Shown piece after piece: positions 24,426 to 40,394 of a stretch of 64,000 bases of DNA (its first letter is position 1; each line of letters starts with the position of its first letter). A program made the translations under genes and the position numbers. Location: the NCBI GenBank assembly GCA_964016885.1, contig OZ024748.1, positions 59,396,001 through 59,460,000 on the forward strand, read 5' to 3'. Below the pieces are notes generated by a model. It had not been told where the DNA came from. It searched no databases and saw nothing but the letters and a program-made list of their open reading frames with translations. This DNA comes from Eledone cirrhosa. Lineage: Eukaryota.

Positions 24426-26094
24426 TTGTTCTATGTTGCATTTATCTAACTCAAACTCTTCCTTCAACCCATCCATCATACACTTGTGTGTCTGTCTGTT
24501 TGTCTATGTGTGTCTATGTGTGTGTATATTTATTTGTGTGTATGTGTGTCTATGTGTGTGTTTCTATTTATTCATTAATAAATATATTTGTTTGGTTTTT
24601 ATTTTTTATTCTTAGTGTATTTATTTCTGTTTATAAACCTTCACTTCCTTTTTGTGGTAGAATAACGTTAGAAATAATTATTGTATCGGGTTGTGTAGAA
24701 AATGACAGGAAGATAGACTGTTTGTTTTTCACCTGACGAAATGATTTGTTCTACCTATATACACACATCTCGTATATATACATAGCGCCATCTCATATAC
24801 ATACACAGCACCATATACACATATACATACACTGACATACATACATAGGGAAACACACACACAATTCATTGACACATATACACAGAATAACACAACTACA
24901 TAGACATACGTCGACACATATACATACAAAATACAAATCCATACACACAAGCACACACACACACACATATACATACAATACACACACATACAATACACAA
25001 TGACACACATATATATATACAATACACAATGATACACTTACATATACAATGATATATATGTATACAACGATAAACATATATAAATGATATATAAACATAC
25101 AATGATAAACATATATATACAATACACAATGACATATATACACAAGCACACACATACAATACACGACACAAGCTTACACACGCAATACACACTAACATAT
25201 ACACACAAACACACACAGAATACACAATGACATATAATATCCAATGACACATATATACACACAGATAGAATACACACACAATACACGACACACATACACA
25301 CTGACATAGAACACACACACACTCCTATATAGAAAGAGGCCACATCACAGCTGAGAAGAGAGATAGTTGGTGTCCAGCGATGACGAGAATAGACCGACGA
25401 TCTCTCCGTCATCACCACCACAACCACTCTGCACATACTTTCGATCGAGCCTCTGTGTGATCGCTCGACCTACTAAGAATAGCAGCTAGATCTCCCTCCC
25501 CCACTCATCCTGAAAATCAGTCCCTTCGTGTTTTTGCTGCTTTTTTTTTTTTTACTGTTGTTTTATTTTAATTACAGACAAAAGAGTCACATTTGATAAA
25601 GTAATCCTAGGATATATACACACACACACATATATACACACACACACATATATACACACACACACAGAGGAATGGTTACGGTAGGATTAATTGTGGTCTT
25701 AGCTCTGCTCGCACCTAGGGCTAAACAGCAATATACACACCCACCTATATCTGATACTACTAAAAAAAAAAAATGGGTAAGGGAGATGGTTCGACCTAAC
25801 CTACTAAAAATAGTAGCCAAACCTCTCAACCTCTCCCTCAAATTAAGCCTTAAAGATGGAAGGACATATTTGGATAATATAGTTTTAGAAGAAGAAAAAA
25901 ATAATACGGGATAGCCATGATTGGAAAGCCTTTTATCATGGGTCTTCTGACTGTCGTTTAGGACCGCCGACACGATGTATAAACACTATATATATATATA
26001 AGGTGCGTGATATGTGTAAGGGTGAAGATTATGGTACATAAGCGGCAAAATAAAAGCTAGTAATGAACTCAACCATGTAATGTTGGTTCTGCTC

Positions 26095-26128
<34 letters not shown>

Positions 26129-26156
26129 CATATATATATATATATATATCAATTTT

Positions 26157-26324
26157 AATATAGAAATGGCTTCTACAGGACTAGAACTGTTTCATTCGAA
26201 GGAAATCATCAGAAAAGCCCTTTCCTGATTATTTCCTTCGAATGAAACAGTTCTAGTCCTGTAGATATACTCTATTAATGTATTGAATACCTTACTTACT
26301 GTGGTTACCCACGATTTAACCGGC

Positions 26325-26328
<4 letters not shown>
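26157..26328. mobile_element. Fold-back Penelope-like element (palindrome 26172-26265) with an intact hammerhead core on the minus strand
   Basis: Reverse complement: ttttCTGATGA-T-TTC-cttc-GAA-T-GAAA-CAG-ttctagtc-CTG-TA-gaag. Confidence 0.75.
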
Positions 26329-26368
<40 letters not shown>

Positions 26369-27124
26369 CTAATAATTTACACCTGATATTTCAGTTTTTC
26401 CCTCCCCTCCTAATCCTTTTGATACGAAGCCACCTGAAACCGACTTAGGTTCTACCATACAAAACTGTTTATATTTCCAACTAAAAAAATGAATTATAAT
26501 TTTATGTAAGAACCTTCGTTAAGTTATATTCCAAACAGAAGCTTAACAACGAGAAGAAAATTAGTTATATTAACTTAACCCCACCTCCTCCAGATTCCGT
26601 TGATTATTGTCAAAAAATATTTGAAACACAAGCGAAGGGGGTGAGATTAAGATGGAAGGACAGAGAGAAAGATAGATAGAGATGTGGGCCGAGAGACTGA
26701 GGAAGATGTGGGAAGATAGAAAATTGTGGGGCGAGAGACAGAGATAGATAGAGAGATGTGAGACAGAGGAACGACGGATAGAGAGATGTGAGCCAGAGGG
26801 ACAGATATAAAGATGTGAAACAGAAGAAGGAGGGAGGGAGAGAAAGATAGAAAGCTATGGAGAACGAACGTCCAGTTGGCTGAAATGATTTGACCCACCG
26901 CCTGTTCCACTATTCACCACCTCTACTACCACCCACACAACATTGTACTGTACTAAATATACAAACACTTCAAGTTCGGTGCAATGGAGTAAACATCAAA
27001 GAGAAATAAAACAGATTTTGACAAGAAAATATATTTTAAAGAACCCAACCCTGGCCTGATTCTATACCAACTTAACTATGCCAACTACAGTTTACTAAAC
27101 AAACAGACACTTCTCTCTCTCTAT

Positions 27125-29640
<2,516 letters not shown>

Positions 29641-29832
29641 TATTAATAAAAGGAATTCCAACTTTGTCTGATTTACTCGTTTTATTTACAATCCTTTAAA
29701 ATTTATAATGGTATTAGAATGAAATAGTATGGTAGAATATTAAATGTTAAGTGTTAATTGAACAAGTACTTTCATGCTTTCGCAATCTTCAGGTTCATAT
29801 TCTGTGGTGACAGTCAAGTTTGCAATTTTCAA
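29641..29832 (-). mobile_element. Penelope-like fragment with a hammerhead (29759-29797), embedded in (TA)n
   Basis: Near-identical reverse complement of 42553-42743. Confidence 0.75.
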
Positions 29833-30081
29833 TGTATATATATTTATATGTATATATATTTATGTATATATATATTTATGTATATATATATATATATTTA
29901 TGAATATATATATATATATATATATTTTTGAATATATATATATTTATGAATATTAATATATATATATATATTTATGAATATATATATATATTTATGTATA
30001 TATATATATATTTATGAATATATATATATATTTATGTATATATATATATATTTATGTATGTATATATATATATATTCATAA

Positions 30082-30113
<32 letters not shown>

Positions 30114-30257
30114 TTATGTATATATATATATATATATATATATTTATGTATATATATATATATATATATTTATGTATATATATATATTTATGTATATATA
30201 TATATATATATTTATGTATATATATATATTTATATATTTATGTATATATATATATTT

Positions 30258-30313
<56 letters not shown>

Positions 30314-30628
30314 GTATATATATATTTATGTATATGTATATATATATTTATGTATATGTATATATATATTTATGTATATTTATATGTACATTTATATACA
30401 TATATATATAAATTCATATGAACATTTATATATATATGTACATATATTTATGTATAAATATTTATGTACATTTATATATATATGTATATATATATATGTA
30501 TAAATATTTATATGTACATTTATATATATATGTATAAATATTGTATAAATATGTGTATATATTTATGTATAAATATTTATATGTATATATATTTATGTAT
30601 AAATATTTATATATATGTATATATATGT

Positions 30629-30659
<31 letters not shown>

Positions 30660-31015
30660 TTATGTATATTTATATGTACATTTATATATATATATACATT
30701 TATATATTGTTATATATATCTATACGTTTATGTATAATATATCTATACATTTATGTATATATATATCTATACTTTTATGTATATATATATATCTATACTT
30801 TTATGTATATATATATATATATATATACTTATGTATATATATATATATACATTTATGTATATATATCTTTACATTTATGTATATATATCTATATATATAC
30901 ATATATATACTTATGTATATATATATATATATACATTTATGTATATATATCTTTACATTTATGTATATATATCTATACATTTATGTATATATATATCTAG
31001 CTATACATTATATAT
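29833..31015. repeat. (TA)n field with TTTATG and TACATT variants
   Basis: Seen directly. Confidence 0.95.
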
Positions 31016-31736
31016 ACACACAAACACAAATGGTATATACATATACATACACGATCATGACCAATGCTTAGAAAATATAGAATAGTGCCCTCTCTTTCAA
31101 TATAGGTGAATGAGTATGTGTGTTCGTTAGTATAAAAACATACTAGTGTGTGTACGTACGTATGTATGTATATCAGTGTGTATATGTCAGTAAAATTATA
31201 TTTGGTTGTGTATATCTATATTACTGTGTGTGGATAAGAACCCCATCACAAATGAAGCAGAACCAGAAGCCTTCACGGAATATAACAGTTGTTGATCAGA
31301 TATATGGAAAGTGTCAGGAGTGAATAACAGAAAGAGCCCAGCACTTGCCAATAAAACTGATAGTCAAAGTTGAGAGCAATAGAGAGTAAGATATTTCAGT
31401 GCTCAATTCAATAGAAGTGCTATTGTGTATGTGTACAATGCTGTCTATATATGTATATATACATATTTGTGTGTGGTTTTCAAACTGTGTGTACATACGT
31501 CCATAGCATCACAGAATGTATTACATTCGTATGGGATAGAGTACTCCAAGATTGCCGATAAACTCTCTCACCCTCATTACAAACAAGTTTCTCGACTATT
31601 TTTAATCCTCTTCTTAACTAAAAGATAAACACACACATCCGTTATATATATATACATATATTGTGTGTTATCGGTATGGTGAACTATATATATGTGTGTG
31701 TGTATTATAAGCCGACAATTATATATATATATATAT

Positions 31737-31850
31737 TCAAATTCAAAATTTGTCGATCGGCTTTCGACAAATCGGACCGAGGAAACAATGTTTCCGTTGG
31801 TCTTTCTAATTGCTAATACTATCTATCGGTCGCAACTCCAGGTAGAAAGA
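31737..31850 (-). mobile_element. Retroposon 3' end (tail type B) ending in (TTTGAA)2
   Basis: Matches 19451-19545; reverse complement ends ...gatcgacaaattttgaatttgaa. Confidence 0.7.
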
Positions 31851-31853
31851 TCA

Positions 31854-31884
<31 letters not shown>

Positions 31885-31998
31885 GTTAATAAATAAAACA
31901 AACAAAACACAGGAGGCAATTTGATACAGTTATATTAGGTTCAAACTCGGTGGAATATATATATATCCCCTTCATCCTCTCCTACGATATTTTAACCC

Positions 31999-32032
<34 letters not shown>

Positions 32033-32372
32033 CGTACGCTTGTATGTATGTATGAAGTTTGAAAGAAGGTAAGGTAGGGAATGAGATAGTGAAGAGGAAC
32101 TGAATGGAAGAATCTAAGTGAGCAATCGAGAAATTCCAACTAGTTCCCCCTGGAAACATGAAATGCCACCACTAACCCAGTTAGAGGAATCCTATCAACA
32201 GTAGATGCTCCAACAACTACAATAACAACGAACATGAAACAACAATAATAACTGTTAATCTTAACTGGCTATCAATAATTGAGCTATCCCTCATCTCTCC
32301 GAACAGATACTATACGAATTTCTATATGAAAGCACCTGCTGCTGAACACACACACACATATATATATATATA

Positions 32373-32500
32373 CCTGATGATTTCTAAAGAATGAAACAGT
32401 TCTAGTCCTGTAGAATCTCATCTATATTAAAACTTTTATACTCTGCAATGTATTGAGTACCTTACTTACTGTGGTTACCTCCGATTCAATCCGGAATAAC

Positions 32501-32502
<2 letters not shown>
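32373..32502 (+). mobile_element. Penelope-like fragment with a hammerhead core
   Basis: CTGATGA-T-TTC-taaa-GAA-T-GAAA-CAG-ttctagtc-CTG-TA; downstream sequence homologous to 26265-26328. Confidence 0.72.
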
Positions 32503-32599
<97 letters not shown>

Positions 32600-33221
32600 C
32601 GTGGATTCAAGTCCATACAAATGCATATATGCACACACATGTGTATGTGTGTGTTTCTGTGTATATATATTTCTATATCTATATATGTACACAGGATATG
32701 TGTATATATATATAGAGAGATTAATTGTATTTGTTATAATAACAACATATAAGAATATACTCGTGTGTATACTATATACAATATATATTTTATATATATA
32801 TATTCACATCCATACACACACACGTATATATATAACAGCTTGTTGCGGTCTAAGGCTTACAGTTCCAATTAAAAAGAAAAAAAGAGGCAAAGAGAGACGA
32901 CGAAGAAAAAAAGAAGGAAAAATTGTACAAAATGCGCCCAATAGGCTGTCAAGGAAAAATTATTAAACAACAATAAATAGGAATGAAAGTTAAAGTAAAA
33001 AAGGCTAATATGATGGTAAATAGAGAGGTAAATATTATTAGTAAACAGAGACACTTACTTACATTGTAGTATATAATATATACATCTAGATGGGTGGGCA
33101 GTATAGATAGTAGCAACCAACCAAAACAGACATGGCGGAGAGCACGTTGCAAGGGGACATTACTCTGTATTGCAACAGAATAATATGTCGTCCGGAGCGA
33201 ATCGATGACTTGTGATGATAG

Positions 33222-34043
33222 TGGGGGGGGGGGGGGGGGAGATGGTTGTGGTTCTAGTGGTGTAGGTTGTGGTGGTGATGGTAGTGGTGTTATTTGTGTT
33301 GGTAGTAATGGTAGTTGTAGTGGTGATAGTTGTGGTGGTGGTAATTGTAGTAGTGGTGGTGATTGTAGTAGTGATAGTGGTGGTGTAGGTTGTGGTGATG
33401 ATGGTAGTGGTGGTATAGGTTGTAGTGGTGGTAGTGGTGGTATTTGTGATGTGGTGGTTGTAGTGGTGGTAGTGATGGTAGTGGTGGTGGTGATAGTTAT
33501 GGTGGTGGTAATTGTAGTAGTGGTGGTGATTGTGGTAGTGGTGTAGGTTGCAGTGGTATTTGTGATGGTGGTAGTGATGGTGATGATGATGATAGTTGTG
33601 GTGGTGGTGATTGTAGTAGTGGTGGTGGTGTAGGTTGCGGTTGTGTTTGTTATGATGGGGAGTGATGGTTGTGGTATGATTGTGATTGTAGTGGTGGTGG
33701 TGGTGGTGGTGTAGGTTTTGGTAGTGGCGGTGGTGGTGTCGGTTGTAATGGTGGTAGTGGTGGTGATGGTAGTGGTAGAGGTTGTAGTGGTGGTAGTGCT
33801 GATGGTGATGATGGTGGCTGTGGTAGAGGTCATTGTGTTGATGGTTTTGGTAGTGATGATGATGGTTGTAGTTGGTGGTGGAGGGGAAGAATGAGTGTGT
33901 AGTATGACTACTACTACTACTACTACTGGTGTGGTGTAGGTTATGGTTTGATGGTGGTGGCTGTGGTAGAGGTGGTGCTGGTATAAGTGGTGGGTATAGT
34001 GGTGGTGGTTGTGGTGGTGTAGGTTGTGGTGGTGGTAGTGGTA
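33222..34043. repeat. G-run followed by a (GGT/GTA)n field
   Basis: Seen directly. Confidence 0.93.
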
Positions 34044-34059
34044 CATATGGAACCAGATA

Positions 34060-34208
34060 TTAGTGAATAGCTAAGAAGTTTGCTCCACAATCATGATTTC
34101 TAATCCACTGCATGACATCTTGGGCAAGTATCATTTACCTCAGCCTTAGGTGGAACCAAAGCCCTTGAGAATGATATTATGTAGACAGAAACTGTGTGGA
34201 AGCCCATC
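34060..34208 (+). mobile_element. Old SINE with a CORE-like segment, different family
   Basis: ccactgcatgacatcttgggcaagt...ccaaagccc...gtagacagaaactgtgtggaagccc. Confidence 0.55.
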
Positions 34209-34220
34209 AGAATGATTGTA

Positions 34221-34412
34221 CGTGGGTCGGCTGAGAAGTTCATAGGCTGGCAATGAAGGAGTGATGATAGAGTTGTGAAATCTTGCATGTATTAATCTCA
34301 ACTCTTCTTATTAATAAATGAATTGTTTCTTTCCAGGCACTATGTTAAAAAATAAACCTCATTTGGTCATTCCATGGGAGTATCTTGGTTAGCCTATGAA
34401 GAGGTGATGCTA
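34221..34412 (+). mobile_element. Mariner-type MITE
   Basis: TA|CGTGGGTCGGCTGAGAAGTTCATAGGCTG...agcctatgaa; homologous to 35932-36271 and 7155-7230. Confidence 0.7.
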
Positions 34413-34526
34413 GACAAGAATACATAATATTTTTCCCTGGGTAGGTGGGCTGATTAGGCTTATTTGCATATAAAGCTGTATAAGTTGGCTCAACTGAAAA
34501 GTAGAATTAAAATTTAGCTTCAACAT

Positions 34527-34908
34527 GAAGGCGCATTGCTTAGTGGTTAGAGCATTGAGCTTGCAATCGAAAGGTTGTGAGTTCAATTCTCTGACCAGGT
34601 GATGTGTTGTTTCCTTGAGAGAGACACTTTATTGCACATTGCTCCAGTTTACTCAGCTGTAGAAATGAGATGATAGGACTGGGGTCCCTATCATTACACT
34701 GCAAAGTGGTCGTGGAGGTGCCATGGCAAAAAAGCACCCAGCCAACACTGTAAATGAGGTTGGTGTTAGGAAGGGCATCCAGCTGTAGAAATCAAGCCAG
34801 AATCAGTTCCCGTATGAGCAAGACAAGGTCAGCCAACTGGACACTGCCCACATCAGGACAAGTCCCTCCCTTGCAAGCAGGGAAAAGCAGACGTAAAATG
34901 ATGATGAT
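34527..34908 (+). mobile_element. Full-length CORE-SINE type A, long-tail variant
   Basis: A/B boxes, CORE and one module; the tail keeps the gtatgagcaagacaaggtcagcc segment missing from other copies. Confidence 0.9.
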
Positions 34909-34937
34909 AGTTGTATACATATATGTATGCAAATATC

Positions 34938-34982
<45 letters not shown>

Positions 34983-34994
34983 TATTTAGTTGCA

Positions 34995-35562
34995 AGTGAT
35001 GGAATGCAGAAGGGTGAATTAAGTGCAAGAATTGCAGGAGCTGGTGCAGTAATAAGCTAGCTTCTGCATTCAATCATCAGAAGAGAGGTAAGTGTAAAAT
35101 CCAAACTCATTATCTTCAATTCAGTATTCTTGCCAACCTTTACTTATGGTCATGAATCTTAGGTAATAACTGAAAGAATACGATCATGAATACAAGCATC
35201 TTTGGAGTAAGGTTTCTCAATAGAGTGCGTAGTTCAGAGATCAGAGAGTCACTCCAAGTAGAGTCGCTATTTCTCTGAATTGTGTGATCACAGCTCTGAT
35301 ATTACTGACATGTGGTTAAAATGTCTCAAGAAAGAATCATTGGATAGATTTTAAAGGCAAAACCAACCAGCAGGAGACCCAGGGACTGACCCCAAGCAAA
35401 ATGGTTAGATAAAATCCATGAGCTTGGCTGGTCTTGCTTGAGGATCCAGCCAGATCAATTGGAGATGGTTGCTTCTAACAGGACCTGCTGGAAGGAGTGT
35501 TTGAGGACTCTGCCCCCACGACCCTCTCAAGAATAAGTGGGCGAAGAAAAAGAAGAAGAAGA
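34995..35562 (+). pseudogene. Rex3/Expander-like RTE LINE 3' part, decayed
   Basis: SDG..ELSARIAGAGAV...FNSVFLPTFTYGHES*VITERIRS*IQA...RVRSSEIRESLQVE...RRPR...W.D.I...LPPRP, with many stops. Short 3' ends of the same family at ~4880-4970 and 61398-61498. Confidence 0.85.
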
Positions 35563-35931
35563 TGTGGTTGGGTGTATTTGGTGAACCAAGAGCAGATTAC
35601 TCTACAACGGGGCCTAATTAGAAAATGCAAAGCTCACTTCAGAGTCACTTATATTGTGCAATGTGCTATAGGGTGTACTTGACAAGTTGGGAATAGATTA
35701 AACTAGCACAGAGCCCAATTGTGAGCAATTAGTCCAATTCACTTAGGTCTGGCCCTGTTCGTACCTATCTTTTTCTTTAAACCTGTAAATTTCTGGTGAA
35801 GTAATATGGAAGATGGAAGTGACATGGTGTTTCTTGGGCATTTTTAAAACCTGAAAGAGCCCATCCCCTCTTTAGGTTTGAACACAGCTGATTTCATCCA
35901 GAGATGAAGCGAGGGAGGAGGGGGAAAGAAT

Positions 35932-36271
35932 TAGGGTGGGTTGAAAAGTTCATAGGCTGACAAGGAAGGAGTGATGCTAGAGCTGTGAAATCTTGTATGC
36001 ATTAATTTCAACTCTTCTTATGAACAATTGCATTGTTTCTTTCCAGGGACTATGTTGAAAAATAAACCTCATTTGGTCATTCCATGAGAGTACCTTGGTC
36101 AACCTATGAAGGAGTGATGCTAAAGCTGTGAAATCTTGTTTGCATTAATTTCAACTCTTCTTATTAACAACTGCATTGTTTCTTTCCAGGGACTATGTTG
36201 AAAATAAACCTCATTTGGTCATTCCATGAGAGTATCTTGGTCAGCCTATGAACTTTCCAACTGACCCTCGT
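35932..36271 (+). mobile_element. Mariner-type MITE with a 143-bp internal tandem duplication
   Basis: TIRs AGGGTGGGTTGAAAAGTTCATAGGCTGAC / GTCAGCCTATGAACTTTCCAACTGACCCTCG; units start at 35965 and 36108. Confidence 0.85.
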
Positions 36272-36284
36272 TGTGGAAGAATCA

Positions 36285-36432
36285 ACAGCCAGTACTAGAC
36301 TGATACTTTTGTATTGACCCTGAAAGGATGAAGGGTAAAGTTGATCTCAGCGAGATTTGAACCCACACACCAAAGAGCCATAACAAATACAGCAAAGCAT
36401 TCTCTCTCATATTCTAACAATTCTGCCAATTC
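36285..36432 (-). mobile_element. Degenerate Meta-domain SINE
   Basis: gaccctgaaaggatgaagggtaaagttgatctcagcgagatttgaac...ttctgccaat. Confidence 0.7.
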
Positions 36433-36477
36433 CCTCACTCTTCATATCTAGAGTATAACAATTTCTCCATGTGCTTA

Positions 36478-37357
36478 CACTTACTACTACTACTACTACT
36501 ACCACTACTAATGCTACTACTGTTACTATTACTATTGCTGCTGCTGCTGCTGCTGCTGCTACTACTACTACTATGGCTGCTGTTACTACTACTACTATTG
36601 CTGCTGCTGCTACTACTACTATTACTACTACTACTAATACTACTTCTCCAACCACCACTTCTGTTATTACTACCACTACCTCCATCACCATTATCAAAAC
36701 TAATACTACTACCATCTCTACCTCTAGTGACAACACCATTACCACCATCAACACCACCAATACTACTACAGCAACTGCTGCTGCTGCTACAACCACCACC
36801 ACCACCAATACTACTACAGCAACTGCTGCTGCTGCTACAACCACCACCACCACCAATACTACTACAGCAACTGCTGCTGCTATCACCATCATAACCATCA
36901 CCACCACCACTACAGCAACTACTGCTACTGCTGCTGCTATCACCACCATCACCAACACCACCACCACCACCACCACCACCACCATCACCAACACCACCAC
37001 CATCACCACCACCACCACCACCACCACCACCACCACCATCACCACCACCACCACCACCACCACCACCCTCACTACCACCACCTTCACCCCACCACCATCA
37101 CCATCACCACCACCACCACTGCCACCACCACCACCACCACCACCACCACCATCACCCCCACCACCACCACCATCACCATCACCACCACCACCACTGCCAC
37201 TACCACCACCACCATCACCACCACAACCATCATCACCACCATCACTGCCACTACCATCACCCCCACCACCACCACCATCACCATCACCACCACCACCACT
37301 GCCACTACCACCATCACCACCACAACCACCATCACCATCATCACCACCACTACAGCA

Positions 37358-37416
<59 letters not shown>

Positions 37417-38310
37417 AGTATCCAATACCATCTGACTCAAGTATTTACACCATTATTTCCTTACAGCTGTTACAACTAATGTTGTTGCTGCTGTTGTTGT
37501 TGTTGTTACTGCTGCTGTTGTTGCTGCTATTGTTGCTGTTGTTGTTACTGTTGCTGGTGTTGTTGTTGTTTCTGTTGCTGCTGTTGTTGCTGTTATTCTT
37601 ACTGTTGTTGTTACTGTTGCTGGTGTTGTTGTTGTTGTTACTGCTGCTGTTGTTGTTGTTTCTGTTGCTGCTGTTGTTGCTGTTGTTGTTACTGTTGCTG
37701 GTGTTGTTGTTGTTGTTGTTGTTAGTGTTGCTGGTGTTGTTGTTGTTGTTGTTTCTGTTGCTGCTGATGTAGTTGGTGTTGTTACTGTTGCTGCTGTTGT
37801 TGTTGTTGTTGTTGTTGTTTCTGTTGCTGCTGCTGTTGGTGTTGGTACTGTTGCTGCTGTTGCTGCTGATGTTGTTGTTGTTGTTTCTGTTGCTGCTGCT
37901 GTTGGTGTTGTTGTTGTTTCTGTTGCTGCTGCTGTTGGTGTTGTTGTTGTTTCTGTTGCTGCTGCTGTTGGTGTTGTTGTTGTTACTGTTGCTGCTGCTG
38001 TTGGTGTTGTTGTTGTTTCTGTTGCTGCTGCTGTTGGTGTTGTTGTTTCTGCTGCTGCTGCTGTTGGTGTTGTTGTTGTTTCTGTTGCTGCTGCTGTTGG
38101 TGTTGTTACTGTTGCTGGTGTTGTTGTTGTTGTTGTTTCTGTTGCTGCTGCTGTTGTTGTTGGTGTTTTTGTTGCTGGTGTTGTTGTTGTTGTTGCTGCT
38201 GTTGCTGTTGTTGTTGTTACTGTTGCTGGTGTTGTTGTTGTTGTTTCTGTTGCTGCTGATGTTGCTGGTGTTGTTACTGTTGTTGCTGCTGCTGCTGTTG
38301 GTGTTGTTAT
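36478..38310. repeat. 1.8-kb compound trinucleotide field: CTA/CTG, then CCA, CTA, TTG/CTG
   Basis: Seen directly. Confidence 0.95.
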
Positions 38311-38432
38311 ATTGTAACAGGCAAAATAACTCTGGAAAATAACTAAAGTAGGAACTGCTTGTTGTATGGTATTCCAACTCCTCAGACCATTTCATACACA
38401 CACGCATATATAACGATGCACATGTGCACACA

Positions 38433-38470
<38 letters not shown>

Positions 38471-38617
38471 CACTCTTTCACCCTTTCTCTCTTTCCTTGT
38501 GTGTGTATATATATCATCATCATCATTACCATCATCATTTTACGGCTGTTTTGCCATACTTGCATGTATATATATGCATATGTTGTGTGTATGTATATAT
38601 ATGAATATGTATGTATG

Positions 38618-38743
<126 letters not shown>

Positions 38744-38939
38744 TGTATATCTGTATGTAGTTGACAGCCGAGAGAAAAGAGTATTCAATACCAAATTCTT
38801 TTATGATGACCCTGTGAGAAGCAGGTCAAAATCCAGAGTAACACACACACATATATGTATAAGCAATAGTTTGCTTAAACTTTAATCTATACATATAATT
38901 AATATTTGCTCTACAGGTTTTATATATATATATATATCA

Positions 38940-39187
38940 ACATCATTATCAACATCATCATTTTATGTCCACTTTTCCCTGCTTGCAAGGGTGGGACGGG
39001 AACTGATTCTGGCTTGATTTCTACAGTTGGATGCCCTTCCTAACACCAACCTCATTTAGAGTGTGTGCTGGGTCTTTTTTGCCGTGCTGCCTACACGTCC
39101 ACTTTACAGTGTGTGCTGGGTCTTTTTTGCCGTGGTGCCTACATGTCCACTTTAGAGTGTAGGCTGGGTGCTTTTTTGCCGTGGCAA
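38940..39187 (-). mobile_element. SINE type A tail with ~2.5 module copies
   Basis: gtgtg(t/g)gctgggtYttttttgccgtgg occurs three times. Confidence 0.85.
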
Positions 39188-39574
39188 TTACTATATATAT
39201 ATAGTAATAATAAATGTGAATACCAAAATCCAAAGAGGGCTCAATAAGGATTATATATATATAAATCCCATAGAGCGAATATTTATTGTATTTACAGATT
39301 AAAGTTTAAGCAAAGAATCGCTTATGTATATATATATATATATATCTCATGCTTATGTATATATATATATATATCTCATGCTTATATATATATATATATA
39401 TATCTCATGCTTATATATATATATATATATCTCATGCCTATGCACGTTCTCAAGTATAGTTCTTTTTGCAAAACGGTTTTTTTCCATTTCAGGTAGACGA
39501 GCGCCATCATCCACTTTTCTAAAAGCCAAATCATACACAAAACGCCAGCACCCACAGTTTGGCAAGAGATGTCA

Positions 39575-39780
39575 ACATGAATGGACCTATTATTTTTATT
39601 TAAAGATATTTTTTCCAATTCCATCCCACCTGTCCCCTTAATCTATTTTATTTCTCATTCTTTCTTCTGATGAAGGACTAGCGTCCGAAACGTTAAGACC
39701 CTCTTCCTGCTATATCAAGCGTTAGCCTAATATATACCTTCCATATACTGTACCGATTGTGTTGTTATTTGTTTACCTTT

Positions 39781-39781
<1 letters not shown>
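39575..39781 (+). mobile_element. Penelope-like terminal-repeat fragment
   Basis: Contains the hammerhead at 39663-39698; copies at 11205-11410 and 49720-49920. Confidence 0.75.
39663..39698 (+). ncRNA. Minimal type-I hammerhead ribozyme motif
   Basis: TCTT-CTGATGA-A-GGAC-TAGC-GTCC-GAAA-CG-TT-AAGA; palindromic ACGT in place of stem III. Confidence 0.75.
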
Positions 39782-39858
<77 letters not shown>

Positions 39859-39875
39859 CATATATAGGAACATAT

Positions 39876-40256
39876 GGAGGCACATGGCTTAGGGGTTAGT
39901 GCATTGGCCTTGCAATCGAAAGGCTGTGAGTTCAATACTCAGACCAGGTGATGTGTTGTTTCCTTGAGCAAGACACTTTATTTCACATTGCTCCAGGTTA
40001 CTCAGCTGTAGAAATGAGATGATAGGATTGGGGTCCTTATCATTCCACTGCAAAATGGTCGTGGAGGTGCCACGGCAAAAAAACACCCAGCCCACACTGT
40101 AAAGTGGTCATGGGGGTGCCACGGCAAAAAAGCACCCACCACTCACTGTAAATGAGGTTGGTGTTAGGAAAGGTATCCAGCTGTAGAAATCAAGCCAGAA
40201 TCAGTTCCCGTCCCACCCCTGTAAGCAGCGAAAAGTGGACGTAAAATGATGATGAT
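39876..40256 (+). mobile_element. Full-length CORE-SINE type A with two module copies
   Basis: ggaggcacatggcttagggg...gtggacgtaaaat(gat)n. Confidence 0.9.
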
Positions 40257-40311
40257 ATATATATATATAAATATATATATACACACACATATAAATATAT
40301 ATATACACACT

Positions 40312-40387
<76 letters not shown>

Positions 40388-40394
<7 letters not shown>

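Noticed and set aside
33140-33182. miRNA hairpin
   Set aside because: Only a 7-bp stem and no recognisable mature miRNA sequence.
32949-38473. Mucin-, extensin- or poly-Leu/Asn-like ORFs (also 5191-5658 and 52080-53144)
   Set aside because: Trinucleotide fields open in several frames on both strands, with no domain, signal peptide or splice support.
39876-39950. tRNA genes at SINE heads (also 55170-55222)
   Set aside because: They have A/B boxes but continue into CORE or lack a complete cloverleaf.
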